Shown here: one piece after another, positions 1 through 8,053 of the stretch
How the letters are laid out: every line of letters starts with the position of its first letter
Position numbering within the stretch: the first letter of the stretch is position 1
Source of the DNA: Bacillus sp. (in: firmicutes)
GTDB lineage: Bacteria; Bacillota; Bacilli; Bacillales; Cytobacillaceae
Length of the DNA stretch: 64,000 nucleotides
NCBI GenBank assembly: GCA_011524525.1
Contig: WTKE01000112.1
Location: 4,020 to 68,019 of the forward strand
Direction of reading: 5' to 3'
The notes under the pieces: generated by a model
What the model saw: the letters and a program-made list of their open reading frames with translations, nothing else
Databases searched by the model: none
Told to the model about the DNA's origin: nothing
Translations under genes and position numbers: made by a program

Positions 1-209
1 ACTGCCGCTGCAATTAATGCTCTAGGCAATCGAACCGTCTCAATCACTAAATGCTCGTTTGATCCATTATTGTTTTGAAATGCTTCCCATGCCATTTTCC
101 ATGACGTATCGGTATATCCATATACAATGCTTGCACCTATTAAAGTAAGAAATAATAAAACAACAAAAGTGAGTCCAGCGGTTCTTTGAGAATTATTTTT
201 TAAAAGCAT
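1..209 (-). CDS. Iron-siderophore ABC permease (FecCD family, YfiZ-like), N-terminal part; runs off the window
   Basis: Manual translation from ATG 209: MLLKNNSQRTAGLTFVVLLFLTLIGASIVYG...HLVIETVRLPRALIAAAV, with the RLPR motif of FecCD permeases; divergent from the siderophore-binding protein. Confidence 0.85.
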   Translation of the reverse strand, partial: MLLKNNSQRTAGLTFVVLLFLTLIGASIVYGYTDTSWKMAWEAFQNNNGSNEHLVIETVRLPRALIAAA

Positions 210-286
210 CCTTCTTATCCTTTTCTACATATTGTTACGCTTACAAGATTCAGTCTATTGGATGCCATACGCACTGTCAATGATTT

Positions 287-301
287 TGAGAATCATTTTC
301 A
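287..301. promoter_or_regulatory. Fur box
   Basis: TGAGAATCATTTTCA resembles the Bacillus 7-1-7 Fur consensus TGATAATnATTATCA; lies between divergent iron-uptake genes. Confidence 0.75.
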
Positions 302-343
302 GTAGGATTTATTATCTAAATGAAAATAAATCTCAATTACCTA

Positions 344-399
344 TTGACACCCCTTACAAATCATTTTATGATAATATCCGTAAGTGAAAATGATTATCA
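344..399 (+). promoter_or_regulatory. SigA promoter with downstream Fur box
   Basis: TTGACA (344-349), 17 nt, TATGAT (367-372); TGAAAATGATTATCA at 385-399. Confidence 0.8.
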
Positions 400-434
400 T
401 TAACAATTACATACATCCATTGTAGGAGGAACTT

Positions 435-1412
435 ATGAAACTTATTAAATTTTCTTTCACTATGTTAACCATTTTAATTCTTAGTCTTCTAGCAGCATGC
501 GGAAGCAACGAAGAAGCATCCACAAATAGCAATAAAGAGGATGCGAAGACAGAAAACACAAGCTATACCGTTGAGCACGCAATGGGGACAACTACTGTTC
601 CTGATACACCTAAAAAGGTTGTTATTTTAACAAATGAAGGAACAGAAGCCTTATTAGCATTAGGGGTTACACCTGTTGGAGCGGTTCAATCTTGGACTGC
701 TAATGGAGATCCTTGGTATGAACATATTGCTGAAGACATGAAGGATGTTCAAGTGGTTGGGTTTGAAACGGATACGCAAGTAAATCTTGAAGCCATAGCT
801 GCTTTACAACCTGATTTAATTATTGGTAACAAAATGCGTCAAGAATCCATTTACGATCAATTAAGTGCGATTGCTCCTACTGTATTCTCTGAAACATTAC
901 GTGGAGACTGGAAAGAAAACTTTGAGCTTTACGCAAAAGCGTTAAATAAGGTTGATGAAGGAAACAAAGTAATTTCTGATTATGATACGCGTGTTGCTGA
1001 CTTGAAAACAGAGCTTGGTGACCAGCTTCAAAAGAAAGTATCAATCGTTCGTTTCTTAGCGGCTGATGTTCGTATTTATCAAAAGGATTCATTTTCTGGT
1101 GTGGTATTAGATCAATTAGGTTTTGCTCGTCCTGAAAGTCAAGATGTGAATGAATTCGCGATCAAAGGTGCAACAAAAGAACAGATTCCATTGATGGACG
1201 GAGACATTCTATTCTATTTCACTTATGAAACAGGTGACGGAGTAGCAACTCAAGTAGAGAAGGAATGGATTGAAGATCCACTATTTAATAACCTTGAGGT
1301 TGCCAAGCAAGGAAATGTTTATAAAATCGATGATGCGATCTGGAATACTGCTGGTGGAGTTGTCGCAGCGAACCTGATGCTGAATGACATCGAAAAGTAT
1401 TTCTTACAATAA
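435..1412 (+). CDS. Iron-siderophore ABC substrate-binding lipoprotein (YfiY-like)
   Basis: Lipobox LAAC; HAMG, NLEAIAALQPDLII and APTV motifs of the FhuD/FecB family; Fur boxes upstream. Confidence 0.92.
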   Translation: MKLIKFSFTMLTILILSLLAACGSNEEASTNSNKEDAKTENTSYTVEHAMGTTTVPDTPKKVVILTNEGTEALLALGVTPVGAVQSWTANGDPWYEHIAEDMKDVQVVGFETDTQVNLEAIAALQPDLIIGNKMRQESIYDQLSAIAPTVFSETLRGDWKENFELYAKALNKVDEGNKVISDYDTRVADLKTELGDQLQKKVSIVRFLAADVRIYQKDSFSGVVLDQLGFARPESQDVNEFAIKGATKEQIPLMDGDILFYFTYETGDGVATQVEKEWIEDPLFNNLEVAKQGNVYKIDDAIWNTAGGVVAANLMLNDIEKYFLQ

Positions 1413-1489
1413 GTTAACTTCTTAAATTTGATATATAAGACTAGCTCTGATTTCTTACCCCCCTCAACGGAAATCGAGCACTCCCCTAC

Positions 1490-1520
1490 AAAAACCCTCG
1501 CCGCTATGGCGAGGGTTTTT
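1490..1520. terminator. Bidirectional intrinsic terminator
   Basis: AAAAACCCTCGCC-gcta-TGGCGAGGGTTTTT between convergent genes. Confidence 0.85.
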
Positions 1521-2691
1521 AATCGTCACTTGAAAACATATACTTTTTATGATGATATCGAATCGAGAAGATTAAGCTGATTGCTAGAAAATTCCCCATT
1601 ATTGAACTTCCCCCATAACTAATGAATGGAAGCGGAATTCCCGTGATTGGTAGAAGTCCAATCGTCATTCCGATATTTTGAAACACGTGGAAAGTAATCA
1701 TGCTGATGATACCAACACAAATATACGTGTAAAATTCATTTTTTGTTTCCATACCAACCTTTGTTATATGGTAAATCAATAAGAAAAACAAACTAATAAT
1801 AACGCTAGCTCCGACAAAACCAAATTCTTCTCCCACAATACTAAAGATAAAATCCGTATGACTTTCTGGTAAGTAAACTTCTCTCGTACCGTAGCCCTTC
1901 CCTGTCGTCTCTCCTGAACCAATAGCAAGCAAGGAACGGGTTAGCTGGAACCCGGTAGAACTTTGATAATTGTAAGGGTCAATCCAAGAATAAATTCTCC
2001 CAAACTGATACTCCTTAACTCCGAGATACTTTTCTAGTATTTCAGGTTTCCATAATACTAAATAGAAAATGACTCCGATCAAAGTGATTCCTGACGAAAA
2101 GATCGGCAGAAGAATCTTCCATGATACGCCCGAAATAAAGATCATCCCGATCATAATCGCTATCATCACAAGAGATGTCCCTAAATCCGGTTGCTGCATG
2201 ACGAGCAGTAACGGCACCATCGTAATAAGAACGATTTTTCCTAATAAAATAAAATCCGTTTGAATGGTTTTGATTCGGTACTTCTCATGATGATCTCCTA
2301 TTGCCCTTGCAAGTGCGAGGATAATAAAGACCTTCGTGAGTTCAGCTGGCTGAAGTGACCCCATAAATGGCACCTTATACCAACTCTTGGCCCCATTAAT
2401 AACAGGTGCAATACTAGATGGTGCAATGATGAGGAAGGCCAATAGAAATACTCCAAATCCGTACGCATACCATGAGAGCTTTTTAAGCTGGTCCGAGTCA
2501 AGTGTTATGACTGCCACAATAATCCCTATTCCAATTCCATACCAAATGATCTGTTTTAATAAAAAGTTTGAATCATATTGCCCTGTCGATTGCGCGCTGT
2601 AAATCGCAGTACAGCTCGATAAAAACAGAAGCATTAAGATAAATATTAAATGAAAGTCTATTTTAGACGAAGGCTGTTGATTTGAAGACAT
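1519..2691 (-). CDS. rodA: SEDS family peptidoglycan glycosyltransferase (RodA/FtsW/SpoVE)
   Basis: NGAKSW, LQPAE, QPDLGT, PESHTDFIF and PFISYGGSS motifs; start moved to ATG 2691 (GGGAG SD). Confidence 0.88.
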   Translation of the reverse strand: MSSNQQPSSKIDFHLIFILMLLFLSSCTAIYSAQSTGQYDSNFLLKQIIWYGIGIGIIVAVITLDSDQLKKLSWYAYGFGVFLLAFLIIAPSSIAPVINGAKSWYKVPFMGSLQPAELTKVFIILALARAIGDHHEKYRIKTIQTDFILLGKIVLITMVPLLLVMQQPDLGTSLVMIAIMIGMIFISGVSWKILLPIFSSGITLIGVIFYLVLWKPEILEKYLGVKEYQFGRIYSWIDPYNYQSSTGFQLTRSLLAIGSGETTGKGYGTREVYLPESHTDFIFSIVGEEFGFVGASVIISLFFLLIYHITKVGMETKNEFYTYICVGIISMITFHVFQNIGMTIGLLPITGIPLPFISYGGSSIMGNFLAISLIFSIRYHHKKYMFSSDD

Positions 2692-2949
2692 AGTAATACT
2701 CCCATCTGAAAACACGGTATTCAATACTCCATTATATTTTTAATTCTAGTAAAGCACAACTCTTCTGTAATAGTTGGGAATGATTACATACCGCTACTGT
2801 TACCAATGTACCAAACAAATGTGAAAAAAGTGAGAAATGAATGTTTCTGAGGATGTAAATCAGCATTTCTCCCTTCCACTAGATGGTTGTTTCGTTTTTC
2901 TCTTCTGAAAAAGTGGATAGGCTCATATAGTAGCTATGGAGGTGTTGAC

Positions 2950-4074
2950 ATGAAGTCTTCAAAGCTATCATTATGGACCTTTTTACAAGGCTGGTTGGCT
3001 ATCATGCTAGCTACGTTCTTACTTGCAGGAATCGCAACAACCTACACAAATGCCTTTACTTCTGAAACCGTTAAAAAGTGGATTTCGAATATAGACACAC
3101 ATGAATGGCTTGTTTATTTTGTAAAATCGGAGAATCACCATATATATAACGAAAAAGCGAGCATTACTGTTTCATCGTTATCAAAACTCGCTCTAAAACT
3201 GGCAACAAATATTCAACCGGAGGATACAAGAACATTTCTAGGCAGAGAACTCCCTGGTTTTTCTGTATTTGATACAAATATCATCGTTGCCGGTAGCGGT
3301 ACGAATTTCACAAACCTTCCGATCGAATCCGCTCCACCAGTAGAAATTTTATTACAAGAAAGAGAAATTGCAAAGGAAATGCTTAAAGAGACTGAAGATG
3401 GCAACACCCCAGTCGTGGCAGGGAAAAAAAGCGTATTTATCTACCATACACATAGCTGGGAGTCGTTTTTACCATTATTGAAAAATGCTAAAGAACCGGA
3501 AGAGGCGACGAGTAACAATGAATCAGTAAACATTATTGCGGTCGGAAAAAAGCTTACAGAAGAATTAAATACAAATGGCATTAGTGTTCTTCACGACACA
3601 ACAAGCATGCCTAGCCTATTAAAAGAAAATAATCTAACAACCGATCATTCCTACGATCTTTCCCGTAAACTTGTTCAAGAAGCGCTTGGAGGAAATGATG
3701 CTATTGATTACGTCATCGATATTCACCGTGATGCGCTTCGAAAAGAAAAAACAACTCAAGTCATTAATGGAAAATCTTACGCAAGACTATTCTTTGTTGT
3801 CGGAAAGGCAAATAAAAATTACGAACAGAATTTAAAAGTGGCAACTGAATTAAATGAAATGATTGATGAAAAGTATCCGAACCTGAGTCGTGGTGTTCTA
3901 GCAAAAGGACTTACGGAAGGAAACGGAGTCTACAATCAAGATTTATCAACAGGGTCGATTCTCGTAGAGTTTGGCGGAGTGGATAATGACTTAACCGAGC
4001 TGTACAACACGATTGAGGCCTTTGCGGAGATCTTTAGTGAATATTATTGGAAGGCGGAGAAGGTAAATGGATAA
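2950..4074 (+). CDS. spoIIP: Stage II sporulation protein P family cell-wall hydrolase
   Basis: IYHTHSWESF, IDIHRD, YNQDLS and LVEFGG motifs; GGAGGTG SD before ATG 2950. Confidence 0.88.
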   Translation: MKSSKLSLWTFLQGWLAIMLATFLLAGIATTYTNAFTSETVKKWISNIDTHEWLVYFVKSENHHIYNEKASITVSSLSKLALKLATNIQPEDTRTFLGRELPGFSVFDTNIIVAGSGTNFTNLPIESAPPVEILLQEREIAKEMLKETEDGNTPVVAGKKSVFIYHTHSWESFLPLLKNAKEPEEATSNNESVNIIAVGKKLTEELNTNGISVLHDTTSMPSLLKENNLTTDHSYDLSRKLVQEALGGNDAIDYVIDIHRDALRKEKTTQVINGKSYARLFFVVGKANKNYEQNLKVATELNEMIDEKYPNLSRGVLAKGLTEGNGVYNQDLSTGSILVEFGGVDNDLTELYNTIEAFAEIFSEYYWKAEKVNG

Positions 4075-4255
4075 ATTACAGATTCTCCCTCACCACTATT
4101 TATTTTTCACTTTTATTTCATCCTTTTTATTTTATCTCATTTTAGGCTACCACCTAATCACGATTGCTTGGCTTGCGGCAGGCATTTTTACGTCGATTTA
4201 CATTTTGGTTGAGGATCAGCTACTCAAATTTCAGCAATCGGAAAAAGACTTATGA
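4067..4255 (+). CDS. Small membrane protein, translationally coupled to spoIIP
   Basis: Overlaps the spoIIP stop; two hydrophobic segments. Confidence 0.55.
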   Translation: MDKLQILPHHYLFFTFISSFLFYLILGYHLITIAWLAAGIFTSIYILVEDQLLKFQQSEKDL

Positions 4256-4314
4256 TTCGATGATTTTTTATCTCTTATGGTAAAATATCTCATATAATGA
4301 GAGGACGTGTTGGA

Positions 4315-5064
4315 ATGAAGTATGCAGTTGTTACCGGAGCTTCCAAAGGACTTGGTGCCTCTATTGCCGAAAGAGTTATACAGGAACAATTTGGGCTCGT
4401 TTCTATTTCTAGGAATGAAAATTCTGCACTAAAACAGCTTGCTGAGGAAAATGGATTATTTTATATGCATATCACATGTGATATGACGAACAGTAGTGAT
4501 ACCGAACAAGCCCTTTCTACAGCTGCCGAGATCATTTTTTCTAATAAAGAAAATGAAGTTTTACTCGTGAATAACGCAGGTGTGGTTGAACCGATTGATC
4601 GGGTGGGGAGTTTAGATCATAAGGCAATTGAAATGTCCCTTCAACTCAATATTGCTGCTCCGATGATCGCGACAAACCTTTTCTTACAAAAGGCAAACGG
4701 AACGAAGCTAACCATTGTTAATGTTACATCAGGTGCTGCCGAAAGACCGGTCCATGGGTGGAGTGTGTATGGTAGTACAAAGGCAGCATTAAATATGTTT
4801 ACCAGAACCGGAGCAGTAGAACAAAACCATTCAGGCCATGCAACGATTATTGGTTATAGTCCAGGAATTATGGATACCGATATGCAAGGTGTCATTCGCT
4901 CCTCAAACGAACATGCCTTCCAAGAGGTGAATAAATTTATTGCTTATAAAGAAAATGGGATGCTCAGAAGCACGAAAGTGGTTGCCGATGCACTCATTGA
5001 CTTGCTTCTTACTGAAGAAATTGAAAACGGAAAAATTTATAGCGTGAACAACTTATTAAAGTAG
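4315..5064 (+). CDS. SDR oxidoreductase, benzil reductase (YueD)-like
   Basis: TGASKGLG, NNAG, YGSTK and PGIMDTDMQ motifs. Confidence 0.85.
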   Translation: MKYAVVTGASKGLGASIAERVIQEQFGLVSISRNENSALKQLAEENGLFYMHITCDMTNSSDTEQALSTAAEIIFSNKENEVLLVNNAGVVEPIDRVGSLDHKAIEMSLQLNIAAPMIATNLFLQKANGTKLTIVNVTSGAAERPVHGWSVYGSTKAALNMFTRTGAVEQNHSGHATIIGYSPGIMDTDMQGVIRSSNEHAFQEVNKFIAYKENGMLRSTKVVADALIDLLLTEEIENGKIYSVNNLLK

Positions 5065-5089
5065 CTTCCATTTCCTGAAGCTACTCTTT

Positions 5090-5950
5090 TTATGCTTGAC
5101 TTGTAACTGGATGCTTAAAATAACGGGGCAACTCAATAGGCGAAGTGGTTTTTACAAACAAGACATCATCGGTCGAATCGATTGGGTGAACTCTATAATC
5201 ATCAGGTTGATCAGGTGTAAAGTGAAGATACACGTTTTCCCCTAACATTGATAATGCTTGAATTGGCTCGTCTAAGGCTACTTCCCTTTTACTAATACAA
5301 TCGAATAAATGAATATTGCTGTCAATGACTTTAAAGATAAGAATCGATTCACTTGAATCATCATAATAAAGGTCGTTTGAAAACACATGAAGAAAATGAA
5401 AAAAGTTTATTCCCTCTGTATGTAAACTTGAAAATGTTTGTGATTGTTGCTTCCTATTGGTACAGTAGTCCTCGAGTAAATGGATGTCTTTTTCTAGATT
5501 TATCTTTCTTAGCATTTTGTCAGGTTGTTCTGTTGGAAGTTTTTTGCTGAAAAGATGTTCTTTTCTTCGACTAAATCCGAATCTTGTATAAAAGTCCAGA
5601 ACAGTATGGTTCGCAAATAAATAATAGAGGTCTACCTGTTTGTCATAATCCTCAAACACTTTTTCTAATAGAGCTCTTGATAACCCCTTGTTTCGATATT
5701 GGTGGTCAGTCATAACCGTTCCAATTTGTACAGCTTTTTTCAATTTCCCATTTATAAGGAGAGTTAGTTCATTCACGGACACATTGGCAATTACCTTGTT
5801 TTTTACGATAAACGAATACGGAATATACCGCTCATTCCAGAAGCCTCTTTTATACCATTCTTCAAACTGAATCCCAAAGGTCGAAGATGCTAGGTCATTA
5901 AAACTGTGCCGGAGCGTCATTTGGTCTTTATAATTCTTTATGTATTCCAT
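5090..5950 (-). CDS. GNAT family N-acetyltransferase
   Basis: VMTDHQYRNKGLS acetyl-CoA binding motif; FYTRFGF. Confidence 0.85.
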   Translation of the reverse strand: MEYIKNYKDQMTLRHSFNDLASSTFGIQFEEWYKRGFWNERYIPYSFIVKNKVIANVSVNELTLLINGKLKKAVQIGTVMTDHQYRNKGLSRALLEKVFEDYDKQVDLYYLFANHTVLDFYTRFGFSRRKEHLFSKKLPTEQPDKMLRKINLEKDIHLLEDYCTNRKQQSQTFSSLHTEGINFFHFLHVFSNDLYYDDSSESILIFKVIDSNIHLFDCISKREVALDEPIQALSMLGENVYLHFTPDQPDDYRVHPIDSTDDVLFVKTTSPIELPRYFKHPVTSQA

Positions 5951-6140
5951 ATACTATCTCCAATAATTTTTTCCTTTACATGTATAAAATGGTAACACAT
6001 TGGTGATGATAATAGTACAAGTGTAATTCCCCCTTTTTCTTTGACCTCCCAGTAGTGGAGGTCTTTTTCTTTTTCATGGTTGAAGGAACCCGTTGTGAGC
6101 CAAACTATTATCGAAGGTAATTTTGAAAGGAGCTCATAAC

Positions 6141-6278
6141 ATGACGAAAAAGTATAATAAAGGCAGTAAAAACCAAAATTCTCCTAAAGACCATGGTGTC
6201 TTGCATGGAAGTGGAGACAATAGCAAAGGAAACAAGCGTAATAATAAGGATCAAAACGATAAGACCGATCTTGATTAA
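6141..6278 (+). CDS. 45-aa hydrophilic K/N-rich small protein (possibly SspP-like spore protein)
   Basis: GAAAGGAG SD; MTKKYNKGSKNQNSPKDHGVLHGSGDNSKGNKRNNKDQNDKTDLD*; terminator directly after; below the ORF-track cutoff. Confidence 0.65.
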   Translation: MTKKYNKGSKNQNSPKDHGVLHGSGDNSKGNKRNNKDQNDKTDLD

Positions 6279-6284
6279 TGAATT

Positions 6285-6315
6285 AAAAAAGGTGCTGAAG
6301 ATTACTTCAGCACCT
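6285..6315. terminator. Intrinsic terminator between convergent small genes
   Basis: AAAAAAGGTGCTGAAG-atta-CTTCAGCACCT. Confidence 0.75.
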
Positions 6316-6538
6316 ATCTTTTTGGGTTAATCTTAATGGCCGGTGTATTGTACATGACATATGTGGGAAGAGGATCTGCCGTTTGATCTTGAGAAAAAGC
6401 CTTATCAATTTCCAAATTGGCTTTCGTTGCTTCCGTGTCACCAGGACTTGAAGAGTGAACATCGCTATCCTCAAGTCTTTCGGTTAGCTCAATATTTGCA
6501 TCATTAATGGCTGCAACTTCGTTTTCTTTATTTTGCAA
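6314..6538 (-). CDS. Small acidic hypothetical protein
   Basis: ORF 6314..6586; the better start is TTG 6538 with a GAGGTG SD. Confidence 0.55.
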   Translation of the reverse strand: MQNKENEVAAINDANIELTERLEDSDVHSSSPGDTEATKANLEIDKAFSQDQTADPLPTYVMYNTPAIKINPKR

Positions 6539-6597
6539 TTCACTCACCTCTTGTATAGTATCTTTCCACTCCTTTTTCTTATCCATTGTTTTTTCAT

Positions 6598-6652
6598 TTG
6601 ATTAGCACACTAACTAGTTTTATAATCATTATATAGTTAGTGTGCTAACTAT
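6598..6652 (+). promoter_or_regulatory. SigA promoter bracketed by two MarR-type operators
   Basis: TTGATT, 17 nt, TATAAT (6621-6626); TTAGCACACTAACTA (6602-6616) and its perfect inverse TAGTTAGTGTGCTAA (6634-6648); palindrome ATAGTTAG-tgtg-CTAACTAT. Confidence 0.8.
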
Positions 6653-6677
6653 TTTTCAAAGGAGGATATTTTAGACT

Positions 6678-7130
6678 ATGAATAATCGTACAAATCTCGG
6701 GTATTTACTTAACTTATCTGCAAAATTGATGAAATATCATTTAATGAAACAATTGGACAAAGAAAATTTTACAGTTCAGCAATGGGCAGTCATTAAAGAC
6801 TTGCAACTTCTAGAAGAATTGGGTGGTGCTGAAAATCATTTTATAGCCGTTTCGATTGCTAAGCGACTTGATATGGATAAACCTACAATTTCAGGAATTA
6901 TCAAGCGTTTGTTAGAAAAAGGTTATATTGAAAAACATCCTCATTCTACGGACAAACGGGCATCTATATTAAAATTATCCGATCAAACCAAACAAATCCT
7001 CCCACGGTTAGATGAGCTAAGTGATAAGACGATTTCAGCTGCAGTTGCTGATTTCACAGAGGGAGAAATTTCACAGCTTACCGATTTATTATTTCGCATG
7101 ACCAAAAACTTAAAGGAAGAAGAGGAATGA
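6678..7130 (+). CDS. MarR family transcriptional regulator
   Basis: wHTH DKPTISGIIKRL...DKR motif. Confidence 0.9.
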   Translation: MNNRTNLGYLLNLSAKLMKYHLMKQLDKENFTVQQWAVIKDLQLLEELGGAENHFIAVSIAKRLDMDKPTISGIIKRLLEKGYIEKHPHSTDKRASILKLSDQTKQILPRLDELSDKTISAAVADFTEGEISQLTDLLFRMTKNLKEEEE

Positions 7131-7134
7131 GTGT

Positions 7135-7986
7135 ATGGGGAAAATACTAGTGACAGGTGCAAATGGAAATATTGGCTCCTATGTTGTTGATGAGTTAGTA
7201 CGGCGGGGGAAATTCGTTAAAGCTGGCGTTTACTCTGTTCAGAAGGCAATGTTTCATGACCCCCAAGTGGAGATCGTACCATTTAACTTTATGGATGAAA
7301 AGACATTTGATGAGGCATTACGTGACGTGGATAGAGTATTTCTCGTACGCCCCCCACAACTAGCAAATCCAAAAAGAGACATGAAGCCATTTTTAACAGC
7401 AACAAAAGTTCATGGAGTAAGTCAAATTGTATTTGTTTCTTTAATGGGTGTAGAGAAAAACCCATTAGTTCCACATCGAAAAATCGAGAAAATGATTAAG
7501 GAGCTTAACATTCCTTATACGTTTCTTCGTGCTAGCTTTTTTATGCAAAACTTAAATACCGCCCACCTCAATGACATTAAACTCCGGGATGAACTATATA
7601 TGCCTGTTGGAAAAGCAAAAACAAGTTTCATTGATACAAGAGATATAGCAACAGCTGCAGCGATATGCTTGTGCGAAGACTCTCATATTGGGAAAGCGTA
7701 CACTCTGACATGTAGCGAGGCACTTGATTATTATGAGGTTGAAAGGATATTATCTGTTGAACTTGGAAGAAAGATAGAGTATAAAAACCCAGGTACCTTT
7801 GAGTTTAGACGAACATTAATTGCTCGCGGGACGGAACCAACATTTGCGAATGTCATGATGATGCTTTATGTAGCTACAAAGCTTGGAACAGCTTCTAAAA
7901 TAACAAGTGACACGGAAGAATTGATTGGCAGAAAGCCGATTACCATGAAACAGTATGCCGAGGATTATCGGGAATTGTGGATTTAA
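7135..7986 (+). CDS. NmrA-like NAD(P)H-binding atypical SDR
   Basis: ILVTGANGNIG, FFMQN and IDTRDIA motifs. Confidence 0.88.
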   Translation: MGKILVTGANGNIGSYVVDELVRRGKFVKAGVYSVQKAMFHDPQVEIVPFNFMDEKTFDEALRDVDRVFLVRPPQLANPKRDMKPFLTATKVHGVSQIVFVSLMGVEKNPLVPHRKIEKMIKELNIPYTFLRASFFMQNLNTAHLNDIKLRDELYMPVGKAKTSFIDTRDIATAAAICLCEDSHIGKAYTLTCSEALDYYEVERILSVELGRKIEYKNPGTFEFRRTLIARGTEPTFANVMMMLYVATKLGTASKITSDTEELIGRKPITMKQYAEDYRELWI

Positions 7987-8053
7987 AATAGTATTTCGCT
8001 CTCCACCACGATGAAAAACCCCGCCTACCATGGCGGGGTTCCCACAACCTAAT

